Below, in pieces: positions 24,131-33,727 of a stretch of DNA of 41,264 nucleotides. Source of the DNA: an uncultured Legionellaceae bacterium (GTDB lineage: Bacteria > Pseudomonadota > Gammaproteobacteria > Legionellales > Legionellaceae); the NCBI GenBank assembly GCA_963934185.1, contig CAWVYD010000001.1:1-41264 (forward strand), read 5' to 3'. A model generated the notes under the pieces. The model did no database searches. It saw only the letters and a program-made list of their open reading frames with translations, and had not been told where the DNA came from. A program made the position numbers and the translations under genes. How positions within the stretch are numbered: the first letter of the stretch is position 1; each line of letters opens with the position of its first letter.

Positions 24131-25303
24131 ATGGTTAACGTCATTGTTATTGGCGCTGGCGCGGCAGGATTAATGTGCGCAGCAGAAGCGGGGAAGCAGG
24201 GGCATAAAGTGCTTTTGCTTGATAAAGCCAATAAACCAGGAAAAAAGATATTAATGTCTGGTGGTGGGCGATGTAATTTTACAAACCTAGACATTCAATT
24301 TGATAATTACTTGTCCCATAATCCGCATTTTATGAAATCAGCGCTAAGTTGTTATACGCAGTGGGATTTTATTAAGTTAATGGAATCTTATGGTATTAAC
24401 TATGAAGAAAAGAAGTTAGGTCAATTATTTTGTGTTGATAAGGCTAAGCAAGTGGTTGATATGCTGATGGACCAATGCACTCAAGCAAACGTTACGATTA
24501 AATTAAAGCAATCGATTGTACGCGTTTATAAAAAAGAAGCGTGTTTTTACGTTGATGTTGGTCAGACGTGTTATCAAGCAGAGAAGCTAATTATTGCTTC
24601 TGGGGGGCTTTCCATTCCCACCATGGGGGCGAGCGGTTTGGGTTATGAACTGGCGAAGCAATTTGGTCTTAATGTTTACCCTGTTTCTGCTGGGCTTGTA
24701 CCTTTTACAACGCACGAGCAAGATAAAGAACGCTTTGCTGGCTTAAGTGGTGTTTCAATAGCATGCCAAGTGAGCTGTAATGGCATCTCGTTTATTGAAG
24801 ATATGCTCTTTACGCATCGGGGATTAAGTGGCCCTGCCATGCTGCAAATTTCGTCCTATTGGATGGCAGGGAAAGCGTTAAGCATTTGTTTGTTACCGGA
24901 TATTCAGTTGATTGATTGGTTGAAAGACAAGCAAAAAACATCGCCAGAATTAAGCTTAAAAAATGCATTGGGACAATTAATGGCAAAACGAATCGTTGAC
25001 GCATTTATTGATAGCGACCTGTTAACGAAGCCATTAAAACAATTAACCGCGAACATGGTTGAGACCATCAGTCAACGCTTCCAAAACTGGCAAATAAAGC
25101 CAAATTCAACCGAAGGTTATCGAACGGCAGAAGTAACGTTAGGTGGTGTGAATACCGATGAAGTGTCATCCAAAACGTTTGAGGCAAAACGGGTGCCTGG
25201 TTTGTACTTTATTGGTGAAGTGCTTGATGTTACCGGTTGGCTAGGAGGGTATAATTTTCAATGGGCTTGGTCATCGGCAAAGGCCTGCGCAAAAGCACTT
25301 TGA
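24131..25303 (+). CDS. NAD(P)/FAD-dependent oxidoreductase, HI0933/YhiN (BaiN-like) family
   Basis: VIVIGAGAAGLMCA dinucleotide-binding motif, hallmark SGGGRCNFTN and C-terminal GGYNFQWAW. Confidence 0.85.
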   Translation: MVNVIVIGAGAAGLMCAAEAGKQGHKVLLLDKANKPGKKILMSGGGRCNFTNLDIQFDNYLSHNPHFMKSALSCYTQWDFIKLMESYGINYEEKKLGQLFCVDKAKQVVDMLMDQCTQANVTIKLKQSIVRVYKKEACFYVDVGQTCYQAEKLIIASGGLSIPTMGASGLGYELAKQFGLNVYPVSAGLVPFTTHEQDKERFAGLSGVSIACQVSCNGISFIEDMLFTHRGLSGPAMLQISSYWMAGKALSICLLPDIQLIDWLKDKQKTSPELSLKNALGQLMAKRIVDAFIDSDLLTKPLKQLTANMVETISQRFQNWQIKPNSTEGYRTAEVTLGGVNTDEVSSKTFEAKRVPGLYFIGEVLDVTGWLGGYNFQWAWSSAKACAKAL

Positions 25304-25326
25304 TTTTGTGTGCTTAGATAGCGCGC

Positions 25327-25626
25327 TTAGATGCAAGACAGCATGGCATCTAAATCAATGGGATTTTGGCTAACGTAGCGTTCAAAATTCATTGGACTAA
25401 CTTTCAAATATTCTAAAGGCAAACTGCTGTCTTTAAAAATACGCTTTGTAGCCCCGCCGGTTATTTTATTGTGTAAATTATAAACATAAAACCGTATATC
25501 GTCATTGCATTGAGCCAATCCAACCAATTGGTTAAATGCATCGCAAAATTCATCGTAATTTTTATTTGATAGGATCATTGTCTCGAATTCATTGATGGTT
25601 AAAGGTTTGTTGTTAAAATACCTCAA
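25327..25626 (-). CDS. Hypothetical small protein (99 aa, or 83 aa from the internal ATG)
   Basis: Only an open reading frame with a TTG start. No motif recognised. Confidence 0.35.
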   Translation of the reverse strand: MRYFNNKPLTINEFETMILSNKNYDEFCDAFNQLVGLAQCNDDIRFYVYNLHNKITGGATKRIFKDSSLPLEYLKVSPMNFERYVSQNPIDLDAMLSCI

Positions 25627-25784
25627 CCAGCATATCGCTAGAACCTTAAGTTAATATTAAGTCTTACGAATAAAACAATAAACACATAAAAATAAGAGAG
25701 TGTGTAGGCGACCTTAATATTATCTTAAGTTTTCGTTTATATACTTCTCAGCATTACTCAAAACCTTTATTTATTGCAGCATTG

Positions 25785-26243
25785 ATGAAAGTACTAATTA
25801 TAGATAATAACCCGATCAATCGAAAAATAATGAATGCACGGATGCGAGAGCAAACCGTGATGATTATTGACGGCTTGTTGGAAGCGCCTAATCGTATTAT
25901 GGGGGCGATGCTTATTGAAGCCATTGACTTTGATTTAGTCATCATTGGTGGCGGCTTAAGTAATGTTTTGCCGGATGGCACCATGGATACAGGGGATGGT
26001 GTGTCGTTAATAGAACAATCATTAAAAAAGAACCGCTTGGCAAATGTGGTGCTGTGGAGTGATAAAGCGCAATTACAAGATCAGTTCCAGGAATTATTGC
26101 TGACTTATAAGTGCGAAGAGCAGACTCATTTATGTTGGAAAAAGCAAGTGTCACTTCAAGAAATTGAAGAAAACCTATTGTTAATAGGTCTTATGCATTG
26201 GCAGAAATTTTCTAAACAAAGAGAATTCGCTGATATATTTTAA
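25785..26243 (+). CDS. Orphan receiver-like (CheY-fold) protein lacking the phospho-acceptor Asp
   Basis: KVLIIDNNPINRKIM is a beta1/alpha1 pattern. FDLVIIGGGLSNVLPDG occupies the place of DLvllDlxMPxxdG, with Gly where the acceptor Asp is expected. VVLWSDK is beta4-like. No output domain. Confidence 0.5.
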   Translation: MKVLIIDNNPINRKIMNARMREQTVMIIDGLLEAPNRIMGAMLIEAIDFDLVIIGGGLSNVLPDGTMDTGDGVSLIEQSLKKNRLANVVLWSDKAQLQDQFQELLLTYKCEEQTHLCWKKQVSLQEIEENLLLIGLMHWQKFSKQREFADIF

Positions 26244-26285
26244 ACGTTGGTTCATAGGTTACCACCGTTATGACCGTGCGCAGTA

Positions 26286-26497
26286 TATACCCAAACCCCT
26301 TGGAAATACGGGTTTTAGTCTTCGATATTATCTCCTCACTAAATTGTTAAAACATTACCATCACCAGTGATGCTGCTGTTTTAATAACTTAATGTGAAAA
26401 TAATCTCTTTGGCTAAATGAATTAAATAAGTCTAGTTAAAACAAAGCTAGACGATTTGTCGAAGCTCAAAACCCGAATTTCCAAGGCGTTTGGGTAT
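26286..26497. mobile_element. MITE-like non-autonomous element, copy 2 (about 212 bp)
   Basis: Left end ATACCCAAACCCCTTGGAAA (26287-26306) pairs with right end TTTCCAAGGCGTTTGGGTAT (26478-26497), 19/20 complementary. The interior aligns with copy 1 plus about 55 extra nt. Confidence 0.8.
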
Positions 26498-26737
26498 CGA
26501 AGTATCGAATCTTTTAGAAAAGGCACTGAGCTGTACGCAAACCTTAGCGGGCAGCGTTATTTTAGTGACACGTTGCTTACTATTTGATACGATAAGCTCA
26601 GTTTTCTCGCTTACTGGTCACGGTGCGTGATTTTGGTTGAGGCAGTAAGTAACTGTTGTAGTGACGATGAGTCCCCTGGGGCTCAATTACGTTCATGATT
26701 GTTTTTATTTTTATTTAAATATATAGGGGAGTTTCCT

Positions 26738-29700
26738 ATGCCAATATCACCAGAAATCATTAATTATTATGATCATTTGTCAGAGCAGATTGATGAAAAC
26801 CGTCAAACGGTGGATTCTGTTAATACCTCCATGGCGCCTGGTGATATTGAGGTGCCTAAAGAATTTCAGATAAACCTCGCCTTTAACGTGGCAAAAATGA
26901 AAGCGTTAGATGAACTCATGCTCCCATCGCACGCGTTATTTATGCACATGACGAATCTTCAGCAAGCCGTGCATGGCTGGCGTTATAAAGCATCGGTTGA
27001 CGATGAGGATGAACGTGCAGCGGTAGCCACTTTAAAAGCGTCGATTAGTCAGGCATTGATTTGGTTTAAACATTCGTTTGTTGGGCGTTTATATTCAGAG
27101 GTGGATGAGCACCAGGTTAACCTATCGTTTGATGATGAAAGCGAACCAGTCGTTTCATTGAACGTAATGACCACTGCCTTGACAGCGTGGTTTGGTTCAT
27201 TAGAGACACTTGCTGGGAAAGATTTTACGTTGCCTAGTGAGGCGAGTGACTTTGATGACGCACATGTTCATATGCAAAGAGTAAATGCGGCGCATAAGCG
27301 CATTGCTAAAGCGCGGCAAGCACAATGGCTTACCAACAACGCTGTTTATGGTTATTATCAGCTTGGCGGACGCATTGATGCTTTGATTGAGCGGGAGCTT
27401 ATGAGTGATACCATAACCAACACGCAAGCCATTGCAAGTGTTTCAAGCGGAAAGCTCGCCGAATACAGTGCGTTATATCAGCGTTTCCAACCTTATCTAA
27501 CGAATATTGATGAGCATTCTCCTCTTAGTTTGTCCGAACACTCGCAACAAAATGTTACGTTTTCAAAGCAATTGGATAGTGACATTTGTTATGCGCTTCA
27601 AGGCGTGGATAAATCAGGTCAGACATTTAAAACGAATAAGGCTTTAGACAAGAAATTAGCCCATGGCTTGGGTCCCATGAGTTTTTGTGACGGCATAAGT
27701 GATTATGACGGACAGCAGCCATTAAAAACGTTAATAAAAAGGGAGCAATCACGTCTTTCATATTTGGTTGGGGATGATTTATCTGAGTTAAGCAATAAAA
27801 ACATGGCGGTGATAGCGGATGTGTTTGAACGAGTTAGCGCTCGAACCAAACAAGCATTTAGTGGCAATGATTTAAATGACTTAAGGTTAAAGCATCAAAG
27901 CGATTCTTTTGAGTTAAGGGTTAGCGACGGTTCTTCACAAGAGTTATTTAACACGCTGGAAAACATAGAACGAGTTCGATGCGAGCTGCACTTCTCTGAA
28001 CAAGTCATTAATGAATTACATCAATTACTTTCTGAAAACCGTCGCATACCAAGTGCGTCTATTGAAGAGGGTGTGCAACATCAAATACGCAACCATATAG
28101 CGTTGCTGCAAACGTTGTTTCATGGGGCTGATGACATTGAATTGGAATCCGACTTAACGTTTGCTGATGTCTTAAATCGCTTGCAGGTCTTTATTGATAA
28201 TGACGATGAGTTGGGCGGAGTGTCGTGTGATCACTGCGTTACGTTATTAGAGAAAAGCTTGCAGTATCTCAATGGGGATCCGGACGTTATTGAGTCTTTT
28301 CAAAAAATGGTTGAGTCGGCATCCGATTTAATGAAGGAGCATGGCCATAAAAAAAGTGCTGACTTGTCAGAAGATGAAAAATCAGCAGCGCAAGCAAAAG
28401 TTCAAGAATTGGTTGGGTGGCCAGCAACATCAGGGGTGGAACTGTCAGCAATAGGCAGAGAGCTCATTAATAAGAGCATTGACTCATTAAAGGGCTTTGC
28501 TTTAAGTGAAGACGGTTCAAAGCACGTTACTGGTATGGACTGTGTGACGACGTTAAACACGCTAACGCAAGGTGTTAAAGGTGAGCAAGGTGTGTTATTA
28601 GTATTATCAACACGTTGTGAAAATGCGTTAACGCACTCCTATAATAAGGAAATATCCAGCGCCCAGCTTAAGGAAGGAACCGAGACTTTATCGTTAAGCG
28701 TAGAAGCGACGAACCTTACGTTTATATCGTCATTAAACGAAATGAAGCAAGCCATTCAAAAGACGTTTGATAAATTGCCTAAAAACATCAACACTCAAAT
28801 TAAAACGTTCAATGAAACGTATCATCATCTCCAGTCATCTTTAGACGACAGCTTAAAGGGCAGCCCTATGTCTGATTTTGATTGGGCGGATTTAATGAAA
28901 GATACCGCCAGTGAATCGCACCCTTTCATAAAAGCAAATAGCCTGTTTAAACAGTTAAGCAAGGTTGAACAAAAATTATTAGCATTGCGCTATGAGCCGT
29001 ATCGTTCGTCACCCAATGTTAAAATGAAAAATGTCTGTGGATTATTGGCTGAACTTAATGATGCATTGATGACACTAAGCAAGGAAGCATCACCTCCTGC
29101 CTTGCTGATTCAACAGCTTCAGCATTATTCTTACTTATTACAAGGTAATTTACCCTATTCTTTTAATAAAGCGCCGCTGGTTGAGCATGTATTAGAGCCG
29201 CGTTTTACAGAGGATGATGTGTTTGGCGAACTGCCTAAACATTGGCAAGTAAAACTTAAGGAATTCACGGGAAGCGTTGGCGGAGAGGAGCATCTTTTCT
29301 TAAATCAATATAATGCCTTTCGCCAGGGTGTGGTTAAATTAAACCGATTTGAATTGCCTGAGGAAGACAAAGGCATTAAAGGCTTGCTTAGGTTTTGGGC
29401 TTCTCATACGTCAGAATTATTTGAGGTAGCAAAGTTTAAAGGCATTGCCAAATTGAAAGTGGCCGTTTTAGCCAGCTATTTGAAGGACCCCCCCCCCTCA
29501 AGTGCGGCCAATAAGTCTATAAGCCATGAGAATAAAGAGCTACTTAGTCAGTTAACGAAGGAGCAAAAGCAGGGGAACTTGAGTGCTTATCAAGCGTTTT
29601 GGAACATGAGCGTGCCCAATTTATTGGCGTTGGCGACGGAATTCGAAGTTCAAAATAATTTAGTCATAGGCAGTGTTACGGATAACGTTTATGGCTATAT

Positions 29701-31273
29701 TTCCAAACAGTTGAAGAGTACTAATACACCGGGTCTTACGCTATCACAGAGTTTCGATTTAGAAAACAGTGAGCATTTTAGTCTGCTAACTAAGCGACTA
29801 TTGCAGGAGCGTCTATTAAAACAACCACAAGAAGCGTTAAGCCGTTTGCGCAAAGAGCATGATAAATTAGAGGGTTTTGTAACCGCTTTGAACGAATTAA
29901 AGGCGAAAACCTCTTATTTCTCCTTCCTAGGTAATCATCAGGCAGTCGATAAGTGGGCTCAATGGGCTGATTCCTTTGTGGGGCGTTTCGATTATTCGGC
30001 TTACAACTCATGTGCAAGAAAAATCGAGGGCTTATTTACGGATTGTCAGCCATTACTAGCACAGGAAAACACTCTGTTTACTGCGGATTATTTAAATGAC
30101 CTTTCAATTTTAAAGATGCAGGAAAACTTGCCTCATTTAGCAAGAGGTGCGCAATCAAGCTTGTCAGCACGCAGTGATTTGATTAAAGAAAAGGCGTTTA
30201 CGTTGTCGCTTAGGCAACAATTAGAGACGTATTATGATGAAAAAATCCATGATAAGGAACAAAATAAAACAGACAATAAACATAAATTACTCAATTCGAT
30301 AGCAAACAAAATGATATTGACTTTTTTCAGGGCGAGAGTGAATAAGCAAGGTAAGGTGGTTTATCGAGAAGCGCCGGCAAAAAACAATGTTATTCAACAC
30401 TATTTTTATGAACCACAAAAATTTTGTGATGCTGTGGAAGCTGCAATGTCAAACGCTGCGAAGGAGCAGGTTGATATTATTATGAAAACGAGCAGCGGCC
30501 TATCTAATCAAACCAGTGAAGCATTGGAAGATAGATTGAATGCAGCACTAAGCAGCGTTTTCAAACAACAGTTAGCTAAAAAACATTACTACATCCAGTT
30601 AAAGAAAATGGAAGGTTATATTGAGGCGTTTAAAGAGTATTTGGATAAGTCTCAGTGGTTTACGGAAGATAAAGAATCAAAAAGAAACAAGTTGGATCTT
30701 TTAAATGGTTTACAAACGGATTTAGAAGATAAAACGGTAGACATTGAGACTCGTTTTAAAAACATACAAACAAAAATTCTTGACCGTACTTATAATAGTG
30801 ACGGTAAAACGAATCAACGGGAGGCAAAAGCGTTTAAACAACTATTAACGCAAGACATGAAGCCAAACTTTTGGGATTACAGTCAAACCTTATTGTTTTT
30901 GGGGTATTTATTAGTTCAGCTTTATCGGGCAGTAATCGGTGTTTTTACCCGTACGAATGATACTAATGACAGAGATGTTTTGGCGGAAAAATTGGTTCAA
31001 GTTGTTATTGAGCCGCTAGAAAGAGAATTAGACTGCCCGATAAATGACGCAGCGGAAAAGTCGTTTGAAAGAGAAGACAGGTTAGATGAGGGGTTGGTTC
31101 AAGAAGATGATAACGAAATTGAAGTTAACGATAAACCGCTTGATAGCATTACTTTCGTCAGGAAATATATGTATGAGAAAACGGGCGTGTCTTTCTTTAA
31201 TCCTCATAACGAAGGCCCTGCTGCTGAAGAGGAAATATTAGAGGCGCAGAGCTGGCCCTCAAGTGGAATGTAA
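26738..31273 (+). CDS. Very large (1511 aa) orphan protein, predicted mostly helical; effector-like
   Basis: Uninterrupted 4.5-kb ORF. ATG 26738 lies 7 nt after AGGGGAG. One hydrophobic segment near the C-terminus (TLLFLGYLLVQLYRAVIGVF). Acidic C-terminal AAEEEILEAQ. No catalytic motif recognised by eye. Confidence 0.75.
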   Translation: MPISPEIINYYDHLSEQIDENRQTVDSVNTSMAPGDIEVPKEFQINLAFNVAKMKALDELMLPSHALFMHMTNLQQAVHGWRYKASVDDEDERAAVATLKASISQALIWFKHSFVGRLYSEVDEHQVNLSFDDESEPVVSLNVMTTALTAWFGSLETLAGKDFTLPSEASDFDDAHVHMQRVNAAHKRIAKARQAQWLTNNAVYGYYQLGGRIDALIERELMSDTITNTQAIASVSSGKLAEYSALYQRFQPYLTNIDEHSPLSLSEHSQQNVTFSKQLDSDICYALQGVDKSGQTFKTNKALDKKLAHGLGPMSFCDGISDYDGQQPLKTLIKREQSRLSYLVGDDLSELSNKNMAVIADVFERVSARTKQAFSGNDLNDLRLKHQSDSFELRVSDGSSQELFNTLENIERVRCELHFSEQVINELHQLLSENRRIPSASIEEGVQHQIRNHIALLQTLFHGADDIELESDLTFADVLNRLQVFIDNDDELGGVSCDHCVTLLEKSLQYLNGDPDVIESFQKMVESASDLMKEHGHKKSADLSEDEKSAAQAKVQELVGWPATSGVELSAIGRELINKSIDSLKGFALSEDGSKHVTGMDCVTTLNTLTQGVKGEQGVLLVLSTRCENALTHSYNKEISSAQLKEGTETLSLSVEATNLTFISSLNEMKQAIQKTFDKLPKNINTQIKTFNETYHHLQSSLDDSLKGSPMSDFDWADLMKDTASESHPFIKANSLFKQLSKVEQKLLALRYEPYRSSPNVKMKNVCGLLAELNDALMTLSKEASPPALLIQQLQHYSYLLQGNLPYSFNKAPLVEHVLEPRFTEDDVFGELPKHWQVKLKEFTGSVGGEEHLFLNQYNAFRQGVVKLNRFELPEEDKGIKGLLRFWASHTSELFEVAKFKGIAKLKVAVLASYLKDPPPSSAANKSISHENKELLSQLTKEQKQGNLSAYQAFWNMSVPNLLALATEFEVQNNLVIGSVTDNVYGYISKQLKSTNTPGLTLSQSFDLENSEHFSLLTKRLLQERLLKQPQEALSRLRKEHDKLEGFVTALNELKAKTSYFSFLGNHQAVDKWAQWADSFVGRFDYSAYNSCARKIEGLFTDCQPLLAQENTLFTADYLNDLSILKMQENLPHLARGAQSSLSARSDLIKEKAFTLSLRQQLETYYDEKIHDKEQNKTDNKHKLLNSIANKMILTFFRARVNKQGKVVYREAPAKNNVIQHYFYEPQKFCDAVEAAMSNAAKEQVDIIMKTSSGLSNQTSEALEDRLNAALSSVFKQQLAKKHYYIQLKKMEGYIEAFKEYLDKSQWFTEDKESKRNKLDLLNGLQTDLEDKTVDIETRFKNIQTKILDRTYNSDGKTNQREAKAFKQLLTQDMKPNFWDYSQTLLFLGYLLVQLYRAVIGVFTRTNDTNDRDVLAEKLVQVVIEPLERELDCPINDAAEKSFEREDRLDEGLVQEDDNEIEVNDKPLDSITFVRKYMYEKTGVSFFNPHNEGPAAEEEILEAQSWPSSGM
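29488..29497. repeat. Homopolymeric C10 tract inside the 1511-aa ORF
   Basis: gaC CCC CCC CCC encodes DPPP. Counted directly from the sequence. Confidence 0.9.
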
Positions 31274-31293
31274 TTCAATGTTGAGAAGGCTTC

Positions 31294-32139
31294 TTATTTT
31301 AATGAGAAGCGCTCAATGGGCTTTTCATCAATGATGGTTTTGATTAAGTCATAACCGTGGGATTGTTTGAATTTTTCAGAGTAAACAGTGGTTGAAATGA
31401 AATGTTGCTGAAGCTCCTGTGAGGTTATTTTATTGAGATAATAATCGCGCGAGGCGTGTAAAATTTCAACCTCTTCTTCGTGTAACGCGTTTTTAGGTGC
31501 AAGTATGTACGCGTTTATCTCTTCATCTAAGGTTGCTTGAGTAAACGCAGCTTCCATGCTTGGCTCAAACAAATCAGCGTAGGCTTTCGTTTCTTTATGA
31601 GTTAAATGATCGTTTTCAAATGTTAGCGTAAAATGACTTTCACCACGGAAAAGCATCTGGCTGCTTGAAGCAGTGTTTACCCTATTAAAACAAAAACGAT
31701 TGATTAAAGTAATGGTCTTATCGTCCGCCAGTGTTAATAATAAATTATGTTCATATCTTCCTTCTAACTCATAACCTCTAAACGTTAACCGATTACTTAA
31801 TAGCTGTTGCCAAAGATCGACCTTTGCATGTTTGACAAGCCATTGGCACAGGCTGGTCATTAAGGCTTTTTGGATCTTAAGCGGTTGTGCCAGATTCAAC
31901 AGAGGTGTGATAAATTCTTGCTGTATTAGCGTTTGAAACCGTTTTATTCGGGTATCATGATAGGAATCCACTTTAGACAACTGATGTTTCTCATAAAGCT
32001 CAGCGAAAGCAATACCATTTATTAGGCAGTGGTCTTTAAAAGGTAACCAAGCATTTAGCAAGCCATTTAAGGTGTGAAGGCCTTTTGGCTGGGTTGCATA
32101 AAAAGAGGTTTGCTCTATATGAATGGCAGCGTTAGTCAT
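31294..32139 (-). CDS. Hypothetical protein (281 aa) translationally coupled to nadK
   Basis: ATG at 32139 shares one base with the nadK stop (TAATG on the minus strand). No motif recognised. Confidence 0.6.
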   Translation of the reverse strand: MTNAAIHIEQTSFYATQPKGLHTLNGLLNAWLPFKDHCLINGIAFAELYEKHQLSKVDSYHDTRIKRFQTLIQQEFITPLLNLAQPLKIQKALMTSLCQWLVKHAKVDLWQQLLSNRLTFRGYELEGRYEHNLLLTLADDKTITLINRFCFNRVNTASSSQMLFRGESHFTLTFENDHLTHKETKAYADLFEPSMEAAFTQATLDEEINAYILAPKNALHEEEVEILHASRDYYLNKITSQELQQHFISTTVYSEKFKQSHGYDLIKTIIDEKPIERFSLK

Positions 32140-33011
32140 TAGCGTTGCTCCCAACCCAGTTTTTTCCGCAAAACTTCATAATAGTCATGATTTCTAGGGT
32201 GGAGTAATCGTAAATTTTGAGCATTTTTTTGAATGGATATTTTTTGACCGGGTTTAACGAGTTGTCTCGCATGGCCATCACAACTAACGCGTGGGCGATG
32301 CTCGTTTAATTCCTTTATGTGCAGCATTATTTTATCGTTACCGCTGATAACAATTGGCCGTGAATTAAGGCGATGTGACATCATGGGCACAATCACTATC
32401 GCATTTAAAGAGGGGTGTAAAATGGGGCCTCCTGCGGAAAGAGAATAAGCCGTAGAGCCTGTAGGCGTTGCTATGATTAAACCATCGGAACGATGAGAGC
32501 ACACAAAATCATTATTTATGTATAAATCAAAATTAATTAAATGTGGCTCATCACCCTGCATTAGTACGACGTCATTTAATGCATCGCCTTCAAAATAGAC
32601 TTGTTTGCCTTCTGATATTTGAGTGCTTAATAAAAAGCGTTGCTCTTCGTAAAACTCATCATTTAACAGCGCTTTAAAGTGAGGCTCTAATTCATTGGGT
32701 GAAATTTCGGTTAGAAAGCCAAGGCGGCCGCGGTTTACGCCAACCACAGGCACATTGACTTTTATGGCTAAGCGAGCAGCGCTTAACATACTGCCATCAC
32801 CACCAACCACCACAATCAAATCGCCCGGTTTACCCATATCGGTTCGTTCAAGGCATGACAGTGTTAATTGTGGAAAAAAAGATGACGTGTCGATGTCAGC
32901 AAAGGTTTGAATGTTTAGCTTTTTTAATAGGCTAGCGATATTATGCAACGTATCCATAACGGCAGGGTTGGCGCGATGGCCACGGGCATATAAAATAACT
33001 CGAGAAAACAT
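32139..33011 (-). CDS. nadK: NAD kinase
   Basis: VVVGGDGSML, NRGRLGFLT and ATPTGSTAYSLSAGGPI motifs. Confidence 0.9.
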   Translation of the reverse strand: MFSRVILYARGHRANPAVMDTLHNIASLLKKLNIQTFADIDTSSFFPQLTLSCLERTDMGKPGDLIVVVGGDGSMLSAARLAIKVNVPVVGVNRGRLGFLTEISPNELEPHFKALLNDEFYEEQRFLLSTQISEGKQVYFEGDALNDVVLMQGDEPHLINFDLYINNDFVCSHRSDGLIIATPTGSTAYSLSAGGPILHPSLNAIVIVPMMSHRLNSRPIVISGNDKIMLHIKELNEHRPRVSCDGHARQLVKPGQKISIQKNAQNLRLLHPRNHDYYEVLRKKLGWEQR

Positions 33012-33077
33012 GAGTTTGGCTTCTTTTAATTAGGGCATGACTTAATTATAGCATGCTTAAATAAGGTAGGATGGAGA

Positions 33078-33557
33078 ATGAAAAAAACGTTAGGTTGGTT
33101 ACTGGTCTGCTTATTGCCTTTTTCTGTGGTAATTGCTTCACCACAAGAGGAAGCAAATGCTATTTTAAAAACATTTGTTGCCATTGAAAAAAGCAAAAAT
33201 GAATTAAACATTAAAAATAAAACATTGAGCGATGGAACCATGATTTCCTTTTGGTCAAATAAGGCGCAGCTTAAAAAGCTTGTGATCCAAAGCAAGGATG
33301 AATTTGGTAAAACGGCTGATCATTATTATTTTGAAAGTGGCGCATTAATTTTATGTCGCTCGATTCATGATTATTATCCGCTCGATGCGAAAGGGCAGCA
33401 AAGCAGCGAACTTAAAACGGACAAGCACTTCCTTTTATATAAGCAAGCTGAGTTGATTAAGCCCAATGCCGATGCACCAAGTAATCAAGCGTACGTTGAT
33501 TTGGGCATCGAAAAGCGAAATACATTGATTAATTATTTAACGAAGGTAAGTCGTTAA
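33078..33557 (+). CDS. Secreted hypothetical protein (159 aa)
   Basis: GGAGA lies 2 nt before the ATG. Signal peptide MKKTLGWLLVCLLPFSVVIASP. No motif recognised. Confidence 0.55.
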   Translation: MKKTLGWLLVCLLPFSVVIASPQEEANAILKTFVAIEKSKNELNIKNKTLSDGTMISFWSNKAQLKKLVIQSKDEFGKTADHYYFESGALILCRSIHDYYPLDAKGQQSSELKTDKHFLLYKQAELIKPNADAPSNQAYVDLGIEKRNTLINYLTKVSR

Positions 33558-33727
33558 CGTTTTCAAAACTGATAGGGTATGCATGCGCATTACATTAGCA
33601 TCAAGCTCCTGACGAGTCAGGCCGATTATTTTGTTCGCCTTCCATGTGTTAGGTCGGATTTAATGGGTGAATTGACGATAGCGCCTAAGGTAGAATGGCG
33701 CTTTATAAAAAAGGGTGTGAGACGTAA

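Noticed and set aside
25327-26243. The small ORF plus receiver-like gene as a toxin-antitoxin pair
   Set aside because: The genes are divergent rather than co-transcribed, and neither shows a toxin or antitoxin motif that I can recognise.
33026-33295. 89-aa minus-strand ORF upstream of nadK
   Set aside because: It overlaps the better-supported plus-strand gene 33078-33557, which has a GGAGA ribosome-binding site and a clear signal peptide.
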